Counted from the first letter of the stretch, positions 18,091 to 27,103 are shown. The stretch is DNA of 64,000 nucleotides from Parcubacteria group bacterium (GCA_028286565.1 JAQBRH010000004.1:217567-281566), one strand, 5' to 3'. A program made the numbers and translations. Notes: generated by a model not told the origin, from the sequence alone.

Positions 18091-18429
18091 ATGTTGAATC
18101 TATGGCTGATTGTTCTTGTCGTAGCTGGAACCTTTTGGGTGATCGGCTACAAGTACGGCTGTGACAATGGAATGCGCTGTGCACGTCACATGCTGACGCA
18201 CATCACCAAGCAAGATGATGGAATGACCGGTACGGTCGTCGCGATTAGAGGCGATCGTCACGCCGGTGTGCAATATGTGATTGTTGGGGTGTCTCGTGTA
18301 GCTGTGCTGATTGTGCGAGATACTAGCGTAGCTGGAGGTCCCTTGGAAGTAGGGGTACCGATCCTCATCAGAGGAAACAAGATTCATCGGCTTGATGTTA
18401 ATAGATTACTCACCGAGCGCCTTGCATAG
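18091..18429 (+). CDS. Hypothetical membrane-anchored protein (uncertain)
   Basis: GGAG sits 8 nt upstream of the ATG at 18091. It has an N-terminal TM helix (LWLIVLVVAGTFWVIGY). It lies in a low-coding region of atypical composition. Confidence 0.3.
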   Translation: MLNLWLIVLVVAGTFWVIGYKYGCDNGMRCARHMLTHITKQDDGMTGTVVAIRGDRHAGVQYVIVGVSRVAVLIVRDTSVAGGPLEVGVPILIRGNKIHRLDVNRLLTERLA

Positions 18430-19724
18430 GTGCTCTTTTCTTTTGCTATCCTCTCCCCGTGCCCCTCGCAGACAAAGACATAGAAGACTTCATCGAAGCC
18501 TGGAGACAAGATTTTAACGAGACCCTCATACCAGAGGTGGCACGAAGTGGGACGGTAGGAATCTACTCATGTCGTCGTCCCATCCAGACACCTTCAACTA
18601 TGGCCAGCGTAGCAACTATTGCAATCGCCAGGGCCACTCGAGCGTCGGTGACTCGGAGAGCATGGAATAAGCGCGTTTCGGCATCGATGAAATGAGAATG
18701 GAGGGAGATCGGTGAGATCATCCCTCCATTTTAGCACGTGCCTGTCATCAATCCTTCTGCTCAGTCTTCTCATTACTGGTACCCGTCTACGATTGCAGGC
18801 GACTGTTTTATTGCGATAGTCAAGAAGAAGAGGCGTGTAGTTCGCTATCGACCAATTGAATATCGCCAAATTTCCGGCCGATCGCGAGGACAACGGTAGA
18901 TATGTTGTCTGCAAAACTGTACGAGAAAAACACTCGTGGTCGCATCGTGTGCCGTTCGTGGAGATAGTCCTAGTAAGCTTCTTTGCCGCCTTTGTGAGCA
19001 CAATAGCGCAAGTATGTGTGTCGTAATGCCATAGCGCCATGATACCACGACGGTATGACGGGCGGTACTTACACACTAATAGAATAGGCAAATCAGCACA
19101 TAGATACTCCTGTTGATATTGAGGATTCTTTTTCATTTGAGCGAGTCGATGTGGGGACGTTGTACGGCCCGGGTCTCGTATGATAGGGGGAAAGAAGAAC
19201 CCTTACGCGAGGCAACCGATGCCCGATCTACATGAAAGCATTCACGGTCTGTTCTGTCCTCGACAGGAACGTCCAGTAGTGCTAACTCCGTCATTTGAGC
19301 TTGTGCCACTTTCTCTGATCAGCATGCAAGATTGACGAGTCGAACTGAATGACGACGGTGACAAATGGCGCGTGGTCAACGGCAGTAATTATAAGCCGAT
19401 GTTTGCTGACTTCGGAGAAGTGATCTTGACCCTGCCTTTGCGCGAACTTAGGCTCATCACCGTAGTTGATCTGAACAAGCCCAAATCACTCTCTCTGGCT
19501 CTAGGGATCGCTTATAATACCGGCAGAATTGACGGCGAAGCGGCCCACATGCACAGTCTTGGTACCTCACTACTCGCTAAACACGATGAGAAAAAGCTGA
19601 GAGGTGGTGGCTCGATTCAAGCATGTGGTGATTGACTATTGCGAGCGACTCAACCCGAGTCGCCGTTTTCTTTTGCTATATCGTGCGATGATGCGAGAGT
19701 TCGAGCATCCTCTAGAAATGGGCA

Positions 19725-20195
19725 CTAGAAACCTAAATATTCGAGCAGGGATTCTGCGAAAGGCAATCGATGATATTCGGCGGGGAGGTAGCGGAGAAGG
19801 GTCTTCTCAAGCCGTTCCCATTCGATGTCTTCTCCGAGAGGGACGATGATAAGGGGCATGAGCATCTTCTTCGAACGGAGGATGATCTTTTTGTGCGGAT
19901 GGTCCGTGTCGATCCAGAACGAACGGAGGGTGTCGTACGGGTATCGGGTCTTCTCTTTGATCACGCCCTGTTCGTCGATGACGACATGGACGGTCTCGGG
20001 GAGTCTATTTATAAAGAGAGCGAGAGAAAAGGCCGAGAGGAGAATGAGGATCGCGAAGATAAAGTTCCCGAGGACGATCGCCGCGACGGCAACAGCGACG
20101 GTGATGATGCCCACCGCCCAGAACCAATCCTCGGATCGCTGTTTGTGCTCGTATTCGTGGGCGTCCCATTCGATAGTAAAGGTCTGTCGTGTCAT
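19725..20195 (-). CDS. Hypothetical membrane protein
   Basis: 156 aa with 2 TM helices (WFWAVGIITVAVAVAAIVLGNFIFAILILLSAFSLALFI) and good coding character. Confidence 0.5.
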   Translation of the reverse strand: MTRQTFTIEWDAHEYEHKQRSEDWFWAVGIITVAVAVAAIVLGNFIFAILILLSAFSLALFINRLPETVHVVIDEQGVIKEKTRYPYDTLRSFWIDTDHPHKKIILRSKKMLMPLIIVPLGEDIEWERLEKTLLRYLPAEYHRLPFAESLLEYLGF

Positions 20196-20227
20196 GCAAA
20201 AATTGTAGCACGAGAATATAAAAAGAA

Positions 20228-20258
20228 ATCGCCAAGCGCGCGGTGCGCGCTTGGCGAT
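20228..20258. repeat. Long GC-rich hairpin (14-bp perfect stem), member of a two-copy hairpin family; also acts as the terminator of gene 20268..21044
   Basis: ATCGCCAAGCGCGC-GGT-GCGCGCTTGGCGAT, preceded by AAAAAGAA; there is a T-run on the minus strand. Confidence 0.6.
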
Positions 20259-20267
20259 GATTTCTTC

Positions 20268-21044
20268 TCACGTCTGCTTCGAACCCTTCTTGGGACCCTT
20301 CGTGAACCTGCCCCATTCCTCCGCGGTGAGCTTGAGCTCTTCGCGAGTGAACCGGAACTGATTGTAGAAGTAGGGGATCGACGTTTCGCACATACAGTCG
20401 AGCCAGCGTCCGCCGCCTGAGTACTTCTGGTCGCGCTTGATCTCGGCCGAGAGGATCTCGGCGAATTTAGCGCGAACGGCGGAGGAGATGAGACCCACTG
20501 AATTCGGATCGATGTTCGTCATCCGGACCCAGTCGATCACGCTCGAGATCTGTTCGAGAAGCTCGCCATCTCCGCACGTCGAGTAGACGTATGGGTTCGA
20601 CAAGGAGTCCGAATAGGTGTTCGAGAACTTGCCTTGAATACTCAGAATGGTCTTTGCCGTGGCGCGAACCGCGTCGGTGAAGTGGGTCGTGACGATGTCC
20701 GTCCCCACACCTTCGATAGCGACCTCAGCGTTCTTGTAGTGTTGCTGAAATCTCTCCCACGCTGCGGCTCGTCCGTAGTGATCGCAGGCAGTCGGCTCCG
20801 CATAACCGAAGCTGCGCGGCGCGCTGGCTGCGCTGTCGTCTGCGAGGAGGGTCTTGAACTCCGTTTGGAGCTTCGCCGAAACGACCTGCTTCGCGTGCAC
20901 TTCCAGCGATTCTTTGGCGAACCGAGCCTGGACGGCAGGTGTTTCCTCCCGGGCGACTTCCTTCAGGATGGGCTGTTGCTCTTCCTTCTTGCATGCGCTG
21001 ACGAAGGCGAGGGCCAGTACGAGGACGGCGATGAAACGATTCAT
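20268..21044 (-). CDS. Hypothetical lipoprotein
   Basis: Signal peptide with lipobox (LALAFVSAC). 258 aa. An AGGAG SD sits 5 nt upstream, and there is a strong upstream promoter. Confidence 0.6.
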   Translation of the reverse strand: MNRFIAVLVLALAFVSACKKEEQQPILKEVAREETPAVQARFAKESLEVHAKQVVSAKLQTEFKTLLADDSAASAPRSFGYAEPTACDHYGRAAAWERFQQHYKNAEVAIEGVGTDIVTTHFTDAVRATAKTILSIQGKFSNTYSDSLSNPYVYSTCGDGELLEQISSVIDWVRMTNIDPNSVGLISSAVRAKFAEILSAEIKRDQKYSGGGRWLDCMCETSIPYFYNQFRFTREELKLTAEEWGRFTKGPKKGSKQT

Positions 21045-21100
21045 GGTGTCTCCTAGGGTGAAGTGAGAAGAATGAAAGGTACAACTAATCTACTGCATGT

Positions 21101-21130
21101 ATTATATCACACATTGTATACAAAAGTCAA
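21101..21130 (-). promoter_or_regulatory. Sigma70 promoter with extended -10 (TTGACT, ~18 nt, TGaTATAAT) driving the lipoprotein gene
   Basis: On the minus strand, TTGACTTTTGTATACAATGTGTGATATAAT lies ~50 nt upstream of the ATG at 21044. Confidence 0.55.
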
Positions 21131-21167
21131 GTAAAGAATACGGCCCTGTATAGGCACATAAAGGAAA

Positions 21168-21194
21168 TCGCCGGGCGCGTGATGCGCCCGGCGA
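21168..21194. repeat. Second copy of the GC-rich hairpin family (11-bp perfect stem)
   Basis: TCGCCGGGCGC-GTGAT-GCGCCCGGCGA preceded by GGAAA, just like the copy at 20228. It lies downstream of minus-strand gene 21217..21441. Confidence 0.55.
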
Positions 21195-21216
21195 GGGGTG
21201 GGGAAGGAGCCTTGAG

Positions 21217-21441
21217 CTACGGGCGTTTGACCTTGAGGACGTTCAGGACGGCGGCGAGAGCTGTCGCCTGGACCTCGGCTTCCGCCTCGGTGCGCTCCGT
21301 CCGGGTCCCATAGAAGACCCGGTGGATGAAGCGGCTGCGCTCGTGCCGGACGTTGATCGAGCGGTTGCGTACGTCGGGGACGACCTTCCAGGGTCCGCGG
21401 CCGGGGGTGGTCACATCGAGTCTTGTCAGATCTGCTGCCAT
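21217..21441 (-). CDS. Small hypothetical protein (GC-rich)
   Basis: 74-aa ORF with no recognisable domain. It has a terminator-like hairpin downstream. Confidence is low. Confidence 0.35.
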   Translation of the reverse strand: MAADLTRLDVTTPGRGPWKVVPDVRNRSINVRHERSRFIHRVFYGTRTERTEAEAEVQATALAAVLNVLKVKRP

Positions 21442-21566
21442 AAATCCCTCTCTATCGGGTAGGGGTCCTGCGGGGAAATATTTCCTTTTTTAAACTAGCA
21501 CATTAAATATAGAATGTCAACTGGTCGGTTGATTTAGGGTCATCAATATGATTTGATAGTGGGCAC

Positions 21567-21653
21567 GGAGGAGTGCCAGAGCGGTTGAATGGAACAGTCT
21601 TGAAAACTGTCAGGCTCGAAAGGGTCTCGTGAGTTCGAATCTCACCTCCTCCG
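21567..21653 (+). tRNA. tRNA-Ser (anticodon TGA)
   Basis: 87 nt: acceptor GGAGGAG/CTCCTCC, anticodon stem ACAGU/ACUGU with loop CUUGAAA, a long variable arm, and T-arm GTGAGTTCGAATCTCAC. Confidence 0.85.
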
Positions 21654-21832
21654 CCGATATAAAAATGAGCGCCGGAAGGTGCCATTTTTGTTAGGCGGAG
21701 GAGAGCAAAGAGGCGACTCTCTTTGCGTGTGGGATTCGAAGCCCGATTGAGCATAATTTATGAGTGCACGAAATAAATTATCCAATCGGGGTACTGGTCC
21801 TGTAAGGACCGAATCTCTGACTCCGCAGCGTT

Positions 21833-22072
21833 TTATTTCTCTACCACTTCGACCGAATATTTTCGGGCGATGCCGAAGAGATAGATGATCTCGAGGAGGC
21901 CGAGGGTGTTCAATACGAGGATGGCCACGAACCAGTTCCGATGCTGGAGCTGGGCAGCTTTCCAGAGAGCAAACCCTTTCCAAGCGAGAGCCCAGATGAG
22001 GAGAGCTCCTGCGATGAGAGGATTCATAGAAAGCCAATCCTGGATCATGATCATGTTGGATGCGACTGTCAT
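21833..22072 (-). CDS. Small 2-TM membrane protein, hypothetical
   Basis: 79 aa with two hydrophobic helices (LIAGALLIWALAWKGFALW / WFVAILVLNTLGLLEIIYLFGI). Confidence 0.45.
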   Translation of the reverse strand: MTVASNMIMIQDWLSMNPLIAGALLIWALAWKGFALWKAAQLQHRNWFVAILVLNTLGLLEIIYLFGIARKYSVEVVEK

Positions 22073-22097
22073 CTACATATTGTACTATACTTACCCG

Positions 22098-22496
22098 ATG
22101 AAGCTTTTGGCCGTAGATTATGGAGCAAAGAGGGTGGGGATCGCCTCGACCGATGAAGCGGGAGAGTTCGCGATACCTCGCGCCGTCCTGCCCAATGATG
22201 AAAAGCTTGTCCCGACGATCCTTGATGCGGTGGCGAAATATAAGGTAGAAAGGATAATCCTCGGCGAGTCGAGCAATTTTGCCGGCAAGCCAAACGAGAT
22301 CATGAATGATGCCCACGTGTTCGCGGACAAGCTACGGCAACAGGGGGTCGAGGTGGTGTTCCACCCGGAGGTGTTCACCTCGATGGAGGCGGATCGCCTG
22401 CAGGGACGAACGGATATGCGCGATGCGTCGGCCGCCGCCCTTATATTAAAGAGTTATATTGATACCGAACATAATAAACAAGAGACCAATGCCTAA
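22098..22496 (+). CDS. ruvX: YqgF/RuvX-family Holliday-junction-resolvase-like nuclease (pre-16S rRNA nuclease)
   Basis: MKLLAVDYGAKRVGIA... is an RNase H-like fold with a conserved Asp. I chose the start at the Met that matches the family N-terminus. Confidence 0.8.
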   Translation: MKLLAVDYGAKRVGIASTDEAGEFAIPRAVLPNDEKLVPTILDAVAKYKVERIILGESSNFAGKPNEIMNDAHVFADKLRQQGVEVVFHPEVFTSMEADRLQGRTDMRDASAAALILKSYIDTEHNKQETNA

Positions 22497-22824
22497 CTAC
22501 ATTACGATCGACGAGTTCAAGAAAGGGGAGATCACTATCGGTGAGATCAAGAGCGCGGAGATGATCGAAGGATCGGACAAGCTCCTCAAGCTCTCCGTTG
22601 ATCTTGGAGAAGAGCGTCCTCGCACGGTCGTCTCGGGCATCCGCAAATATTTCGAAGATCCAAGCGCCCTTGTCGGGGTGAAATGCGCCTTTGCCACTAA
22701 CCTCGAACCTCGTCCGCTCATGGGCATTCCGAGCGAAGCGATGATCCTTGCCGTCTCAAATGACGAAACATTCTCTCTTCTCCGCGTCTCAGATGCAACG
22801 ACACCGGGGATGCGCGTGAAATAG
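22489..22824 (+). CDS. tRNA-binding domain protein (CsaA/EMAP-II-like OB fold)
   Basis: ITIDEFKKGEITIGEIKSAE...LKLSVDLGEERPRTVVSGI is typical of the MetRS-C/CsaA tRNA-binding domain. Confidence 0.7.
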   Translation: MPNYITIDEFKKGEITIGEIKSAEMIEGSDKLLKLSVDLGEERPRTVVSGIRKYFEDPSALVGVKCAFATNLEPRPLMGIPSEAMILAVSNDETFSLLRVSDATTPGMRVK

Positions 22825-22860
22825 TAGAAAGAGTGCGCATACTGCGTGTATACTTATAGT

Positions 22861-23883
22861 ATGTCGCATGTTCTTCGTGAGTCAGATAGGAAAAAAGGTT
22901 TTTTTGATTTTTTCCCGACGCCGCATTTTCTTTTTCTCACCACGGTGGGCGTTTCTCTCTCGGATAAAGAGCTCCACCTCATAGAGTTCAGACAGAGCAA
23001 GCATGCGGGGGAGCTCATCCTCTCGGAGTGGAATGAAGCAGGGCTTCCTCCGGGCGCGATCGATGCGGGCTATATCCACGATATTCCCGCTGTGGTGAAG
23101 GCCATCGCCGAGCTCAGGGCCAAGAATCCGTTCACTTTCGTGCGGGCGACGCTCCCGGAAGAAAAGGCCTATCTCTTCACGGTGGAAGTAGAAAAGGAGC
23201 CGTTCGAAAGCCTCCGAGACCGCGTGGCCTTCACCGTCGAAGAGAACGTTCCCGTGACCCTCGCCAAATCGATCTTTGATTTTGATATTATCGGCGAAAC
23301 CCGGGGCAAGTCGACGATCAAGGTCGCCGTCTGCGTGCTTCCGAACAAATCCGTCGCTTTTTATACCCAGATCTTCGAAGAAGCGGGCGCCACTCCGATC
23401 TCCTTTGATGTCGAATCTCAGGCGATCGCCCGCGCGGTCATCCGTTCGGGGGATGCGCGCACCCACCTCATCATTAATACAGGAGAAGAAAAGACGGGGC
23501 TCTATGTGGTCGAAGACGAAGTAGTGCAGTTCAGCTCGACTCCTCCGTACGGTACTCGGGCGGACGCGAACGGGTATAGCGACCTTGCAAACCTCAAAGC
23601 CGAGATACGAAAGGTCTTTGCCTTTTGGAACACTCGGCTTGATAAGGACAGTACGCCGGGCAAAAAGATCGAGAAGGTGCTCATCACCGGAGCCGAAGCC
23701 AAGAAAGAAGACTTTATCAGCGAGCTCATGAGCGACATTGACGTCCCTCACGCCCTCGCCAATGTCTGGGCGAACGCTTTCTCGATCGAGGAATATCCGC
23801 CGGACATCCCGTTCGATGAATCGCTCCGATATGCGGCGGCCATCGGCGCCGCTCTGCCTAAGAAACAACCCCGCTATGTTTAA
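22861..23883 (+). CDS. pilM: Type IV pilus assembly protein PilM (actin-like ATPase fold)
   Basis: PilM-like pattern (FDFDIIGE...KVAVCVLPNKSVAFYTQIFEEAGATPISFDVESQAIARAV). The ATG lies 6 nt after a TATACT box. Confidence 0.75.
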   Translation: MSHVLRESDRKKGFFDFFPTPHFLFLTTVGVSLSDKELHLIEFRQSKHAGELILSEWNEAGLPPGAIDAGYIHDIPAVVKAIAELRAKNPFTFVRATLPEEKAYLFTVEVEKEPFESLRDRVAFTVEENVPVTLAKSIFDFDIIGETRGKSTIKVAVCVLPNKSVAFYTQIFEEAGATPISFDVESQAIARAVIRSGDARTHLIINTGEEKTGLYVVEDEVVQFSSTPPYGTRADANGYSDLANLKAEIRKVFAFWNTRLDKDSTPGKKIEKVLITGAEAKKEDFISELMSDIDVPHALANVWANAFSIEEYPPDIPFDESLRYAAAIGAALPKKQPRYV

Positions 23884-24418
23884 GCTTTTAAACGACGAGA
23901 CGAGGATCATCGCGGTCAAAGAATATTCCCGAAGGCGGATGGTGGTCATCCTGTTCCTTTTCTGCACGCTCGTCCTGATCGCCATATTCGGAATATTTCC
24001 TTCATACACGGTCTCAAGCTCGAGAAAGGAGATCGCCATGTCTCGCATCGAGGTCTTGAAAAAGTCGCCTTCCTCCGAAGACGGGAGGACGCTCGAGAAG
24101 TGGCTCGGTCTGACGAATAAAAAGCTCACCGTCCTCTCACCGGATGCTTCGACCGACGAGCCGTATGAAATATTCCAAAAGATCATCGCCGCCAAGCCTG
24201 CGGGTGTTTCTCTCCTCGGGCTCCGCTGGGACAAAACGGGAACTGCGGTCACCATCTCTCTCTCCGGCATTGCGCGCGACCGCCAGGCTCTTCTCGCCCT
24301 CCAGGAAGCCTTGAACTCGTCGAAGAGTTTTTCAAAGGCGGTGCTGCCGGTCTCAAGCTTTGCCAAGGATAAGGATCTCGAGTTCGAACTCTCGATCTCT
24401 CCGATAATGAAAAAATAA
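23876..24418 (+). CDS. pilN: PilN-like pilus assembly protein (single N-terminal TM)
   Basis: Its ATG overlaps the pilM stop (translational coupling). It has a TM helix (VVILFLFCTLVLIAIFGIF) and then a periplasmic domain. Confidence 0.55.
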   Translation: MFKLLNDETRIIAVKEYSRRRMVVILFLFCTLVLIAIFGIFPSYTVSSSRKEIAMSRIEVLKKSPSSEDGRTLEKWLGLTNKKLTVLSPDASTDEPYEIFQKIIAAKPAGVSLLGLRWDKTGTAVTISLSGIARDRQALLALQEALNSSKSFSKAVLPVSSFAKDKDLEFELSISPIMKK

Positions 24419-24419
24419 T

Positions 24420-24986
24420 ATGCGCGATACCAAAACACTCCTCGTCTCGCTCTCGATCATCGCGCTTTTCTTCGTGTCGCTTCTCGGCTACGCCGTCTAC
24501 GATCTCCGAGGCAAGAACCAGGAGACATCCCTCCTCGTCAACGCTGCCGATGCGTCGGCTCGCTCGACCGATTCGGCCCTTTCTCTCCGCACCGCGAAGA
24601 ATAATTCAGAGGCGGCGATCGCCGAGCTCGACACGTCCATCCTCACCGAAGGGGAGCTCGTACCCTTGATCGAAGAAATAGAAAAAACCGGCAAGGACTT
24701 GGGACTCAAGACCTCGATCTCTTCAGTCACCGTCGACAAGGTGGATCCGACCGCCCACGGCAACGATCCGGACAAGGTCCACGTGGCCCTCGAGGCCGAG
24801 GGGCCGTGGGCGGGGAGCATCGCCTTTATCCACGCGCTCCAAAATCTACCCACGAAGATCTCTATCGATGACGTGTCTATCATCTCCGGCACCTCATCTG
24901 GCGTCAGTCCGACCGGCAAGCCCTTGGCGGCGAAGAAGATTTGGAGACTGCAGGCGGCTCTGACCGTGTATCTATTCAAGCCATGA
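24420..24986 (+). CDS. pilO: PilO-like pilus assembly protein
   Basis: It has an N-terminal TM helix and a coiled-coil plus periplasmic domain. Its operon position follows pilM-pilN. Confidence 0.5.
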   Translation: MRDTKTLLVSLSIIALFFVSLLGYAVYDLRGKNQETSLLVNAADASARSTDSALSLRTAKNNSEAAIAELDTSILTEGELVPLIEEIEKTGKDLGLKTSISSVTVDKVDPTAHGNDPDKVHVALEAEGPWAGSIAFIHALQNLPTKISIDDVSIISGTSSGVSPTGKPLAAKKIWRLQAALTVYLFKP

Positions 24987-25309
24987 AAAACGTAAATATT
25001 CAGATCAAAGGATTGAAGCTTCACAAGAACGGCAGGCTCTTTGGCTTTGGGACCAGCCCGAATGCCGACTGGAAGGTCATCTTTATCATATTCGTCCTTC
25101 TCTTCGTTATCGCTTCCGCCCTCTGCATCGATCTCTTTATCAAAGTGAACAACGGAGAGATCTTCGTGGTCAAAGAAAAGACCTCGACCCCGGTCCCGAC
25201 CCTCAACACCGCCCTCCTCGATAAGACGGTCACCTACTATCGAGATCGCGCGAAGACCCTCGAGGATATAAAGGCAAATAGGGACGCTACCGTTGACCCT
25301 TCGCTATAA
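24983..25309 (+). CDS. Hypothetical membrane protein in the pilus operon (PilP-like position)
   Basis: Its ATG overlaps the pilO stop. It has a TM helix (VIFIIFVLLFVIASALCIDLFI). Confidence 0.4.
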   Translation: MKNVNIQIKGLKLHKNGRLFGFGTSPNADWKVIFIIFVLLFVIASALCIDLFIKVNNGEIFVVKEKTSTPVPTLNTALLDKTVTYYRDRAKTLEDIKANRDATVDPSL

Positions 25310-25340
25310 TACAGTAGTATCTCTTGGTCGGTCCGAATTT

Positions 25341-25412
25341 GTTCCCGTAGTTCAATGGATAGAACAGAGCTCTTCTAAGGCTTTAATGTAGGTTCGATTC
25401 CTACCGGGAACA
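25341..25412 (+). tRNA. tRNA-Arg (anticodon TCT)
   Basis: 72 nt: acceptor GTTCCCG/CGGGAAC, D-stem GTTC/GAAC, anticodon stem GAGCU/GGCUU with loop CUUCUAA, T-arm GTAGGTTCGATTCCTAC. Confidence 0.85.
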
Positions 25413-25424
25413 CAAACAAAAATC

Positions 25425-25450
25425 CTCCGCTTCGGGCGGAGTGGTTTTGT
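25425..25450 (+). terminator. Rho-independent terminator after tRNA-Arg
   Basis: CTCCGCTTCGGGCGGAG followed by TGGTTTTGTTTG. Confidence 0.65.
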
Positions 25451-25545
25451 TTGTGTAGAGGAATCGAACGAGGAGGGGTCGGGAGGAGAGACTCCTCCCG
25501 TGGAGGAAGGATTGGGAAAACCGAGGGTTTCCCAGGGGTGAGATA

Positions 25546-25560
25546 TCCTACCGGGAACAC
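25546..25560 (+). repeat. Direct repeat of the tRNA-Arg(TCT) 3' end (TCCTACCGGGAACAC), an att-like footprint
   Basis: It is identical to 25399-25413. The intervening ~130 bp contain the terminator hairpin, an inverted T-arm-like GGAATCGAAC and the palindrome GGGAGGAGAGACTCCTCCC. Confidence 0.6.
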
Positions 25561-25657
25561 CGTTATCAACAACTCTTGCCGAACGTCAAATTGCGTGGTT
25601 ATTTTCATTGTATAATTATGGGGTCGAACTATTAAAATTAAAGGCTAAATATTCATT

Positions 25658-26035
25658 ATGGGAAAGACATCAGCTTCTGTGTTCGGATGGGTGCTCGTCG
25701 TTGTAGGCGTTTTGGGATTTATCCCTAACCCGATCGTCGGATCTGGCGGCATCTTTGTCACCGATCTGCTTCATAACCTCGTGCACATTATCTCAGGTGC
25801 GATCTTCCTCTGGGCGGCATACAGCGCTCCGATGAAAGCGGGCGCGGTTATGAAGACCTTCGGAGTCATTTACCTCCTCCTCGCAGTTCTCGGATTCTTC
25901 TCTTCAGGAGACATGCTCCTCGGTCTCATTTCCTCGAATATGGCGGATACGTATCTTCATCTGGTGCTCGGTATTGTCTTCGTTCTCGCGGGCGTCAAGG
26001 CCGGCAAGGCCATGGCTCCTCAGCCAATGATGTAA
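25658..26035 (+). CDS. DUF4383-family small integral membrane protein
   Basis: 125 aa with 4 TM helices and a WVLVVVGVLGFIPNP...LLHNLVHIISG pattern. Confidence 0.65.
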   Translation: MGKTSASVFGWVLVVVGVLGFIPNPIVGSGGIFVTDLLHNLVHIISGAIFLWAAYSAPMKAGAVMKTFGVIYLLLAVLGFFSSGDMLLGLISSNMADTYLHLVLGIVFVLAGVKAGKAMAPQPMM

Positions 26036-26096
26036 TCTCCTCGGACACCCTGCGGGTTTCCGACGCTTCGCTGCCTTCCGGCAAATCCGGTGCAAA

Positions 26097-26129
26097 ACAA
26101 AAACCACCCTGTTGGGTGGTTTTTGTTTT
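26097..26129. terminator. Bidirectional rho-independent terminator
   Basis: AAAACCACCCTGTTGGGTGGTTTTTGTTTT. Confidence 0.7.
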
Positions 26130-26131
26130 AG

Positions 26132-26213
26132 TGAGCACGGAGGGATTTGAACCCTCAAGCCTTGCGGCATACGGTTCTGAACCGTACGCGTATACCGATT
26201 CCGCCACGTGCTC
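26132..26213 (-). tRNA. tRNA-Leu (anticodon CAG)
   Basis: 82-nt type II tRNA: acceptor GAGCACG/CGTGCTC, anticodon stem UACGG/CCGUA with loop UUCAGAA, a 13-nt variable arm, and T-arm GAGGGTTCAAATCCCTC. Confidence 0.8.
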
Positions 26214-26252
26214 GTACCAAGAGAATACATTATATGCTAGTATCCTTCCAAC

Positions 26253-26325
26253 GGGCGATTAGCTCAGTTGGTAGAGCAACTCATTTACACTGAGAAGGTC
26301 ACAGGTTCGAGTCCTGTATCGCCCA
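26253..26325 (+). tRNA. tRNA-Val (anticodon TAC)
   Basis: Acceptor GGGCGAT/ATCGCCC, D-arm GCTCAGTTGGTAGAGC, anticodon loop UUUACAC, T-arm ACAGGTTCGAGTCCTGT. Confidence 0.8.
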
Positions 26326-26332
26326 CACTCAT

Positions 26333-27103
26333 ATGGATCTCACGCCTTTTATCATTTATGAAGACGAAGATATTCTCTGCTTGAACAAGCCGGCGGGTAT
26401 TGTCGTGCACGGAGACGGCCGGACAAAGGAGCCTTCGGTATCCGAATGGCTGGTGGAAAAATACCCGGAAGCCAAGGGAGTGGGAGAGATGATCCGGCTT
26501 GAAGCCGGGCTCAACGCGGACGGCTCCATGGCCGAAGGGAAGATCCTCGATCGTTCGGGCGTGGTACACCGCTTGGACCGCGAGACCTCGGGGGCGCTCC
26601 TCTTGGCCAAGACCCAAAAAGGTTTCGAACACCTTAAATCCCAATTCTTGGAGCGCACCATCCAAAAAAGTTATTTTGCCTTTGTGTATGGCAGCGTGAA
26701 GGAAGATCACGGCACTCTCTCGATGCCCATAGGCAAGAGCCCGGTAGATTTTCGCAGGTATTCGGCGAGCCGAGGCGCGTTCGGTGATATGAGGGATGCG
26801 GTCACTCATTTTCAAGTGATGAAGCGGGCCGAAGGAGTAACTCTCCTCGAGGCTCGCCCGAAGACCGGACGCACTCACCAGATCCGCGTCCATTTTCAGG
26901 CTCTCCAGCGCCCGGTCGTCTGCGACTCTCTCTACGCGGCTTCCAAGCCCTGCCTCCTCGGATTCAAGCGTTTGGCCCTCCACGCCCGCAAGGTCACCTT
27001 CAGTAACCTCGACGGTGAGCCGACGACGGTGGTCGCCGACTTTCCGGAGGACTTTTTACATGCTTTTGAGGAGATAGGCTATGTGCCAAAGGAGTTGTCA
27101 TAG
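26333..27103 (+). CDS. RluA-family pseudouridine synthase (RluD/RluC-like)
   Basis: Catalytic motif HRLDRETSG and a GRTHQIRVH motif. 256 aa. Confidence 0.85.
   Translation: MDLTPFIIYEDEDILCLNKPAGIVVHGDGRTKEPSVSEWLVEKYPEAKGVGEMIRLEAGLNADGSMAEGKILDRSGVVHRLDRETSGALLLAKTQKGFEHLKSQFLERTIQKSYFAFVYGSVKEDHGTLSMPIGKSPVDFRRYSASRGAFGDMRDAVTHFQVMKRAEGVTLLEARPKTGRTHQIRVHFQALQRPVVCDSLYAASKPCLLGFKRLALHARKVTFSNLDGEPTTVVADFPEDFLHAFEEIGYVPKELS

Noticed and set aside
21503-22316. Minus-strand ORFs of 83 and 224 aa
   Set aside because: They overlap tRNA-Ser and are antisense to ruvX, and they have poor coding character.
22882-24438. 518-aa minus-strand ORF
   Set aside because: Antisense to pilM/pilN, which have recognisable family patterns and operon coupling. 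It is Arg/Ser-rich and low-complexity, typical of antisense frames in GC-rich DNA.
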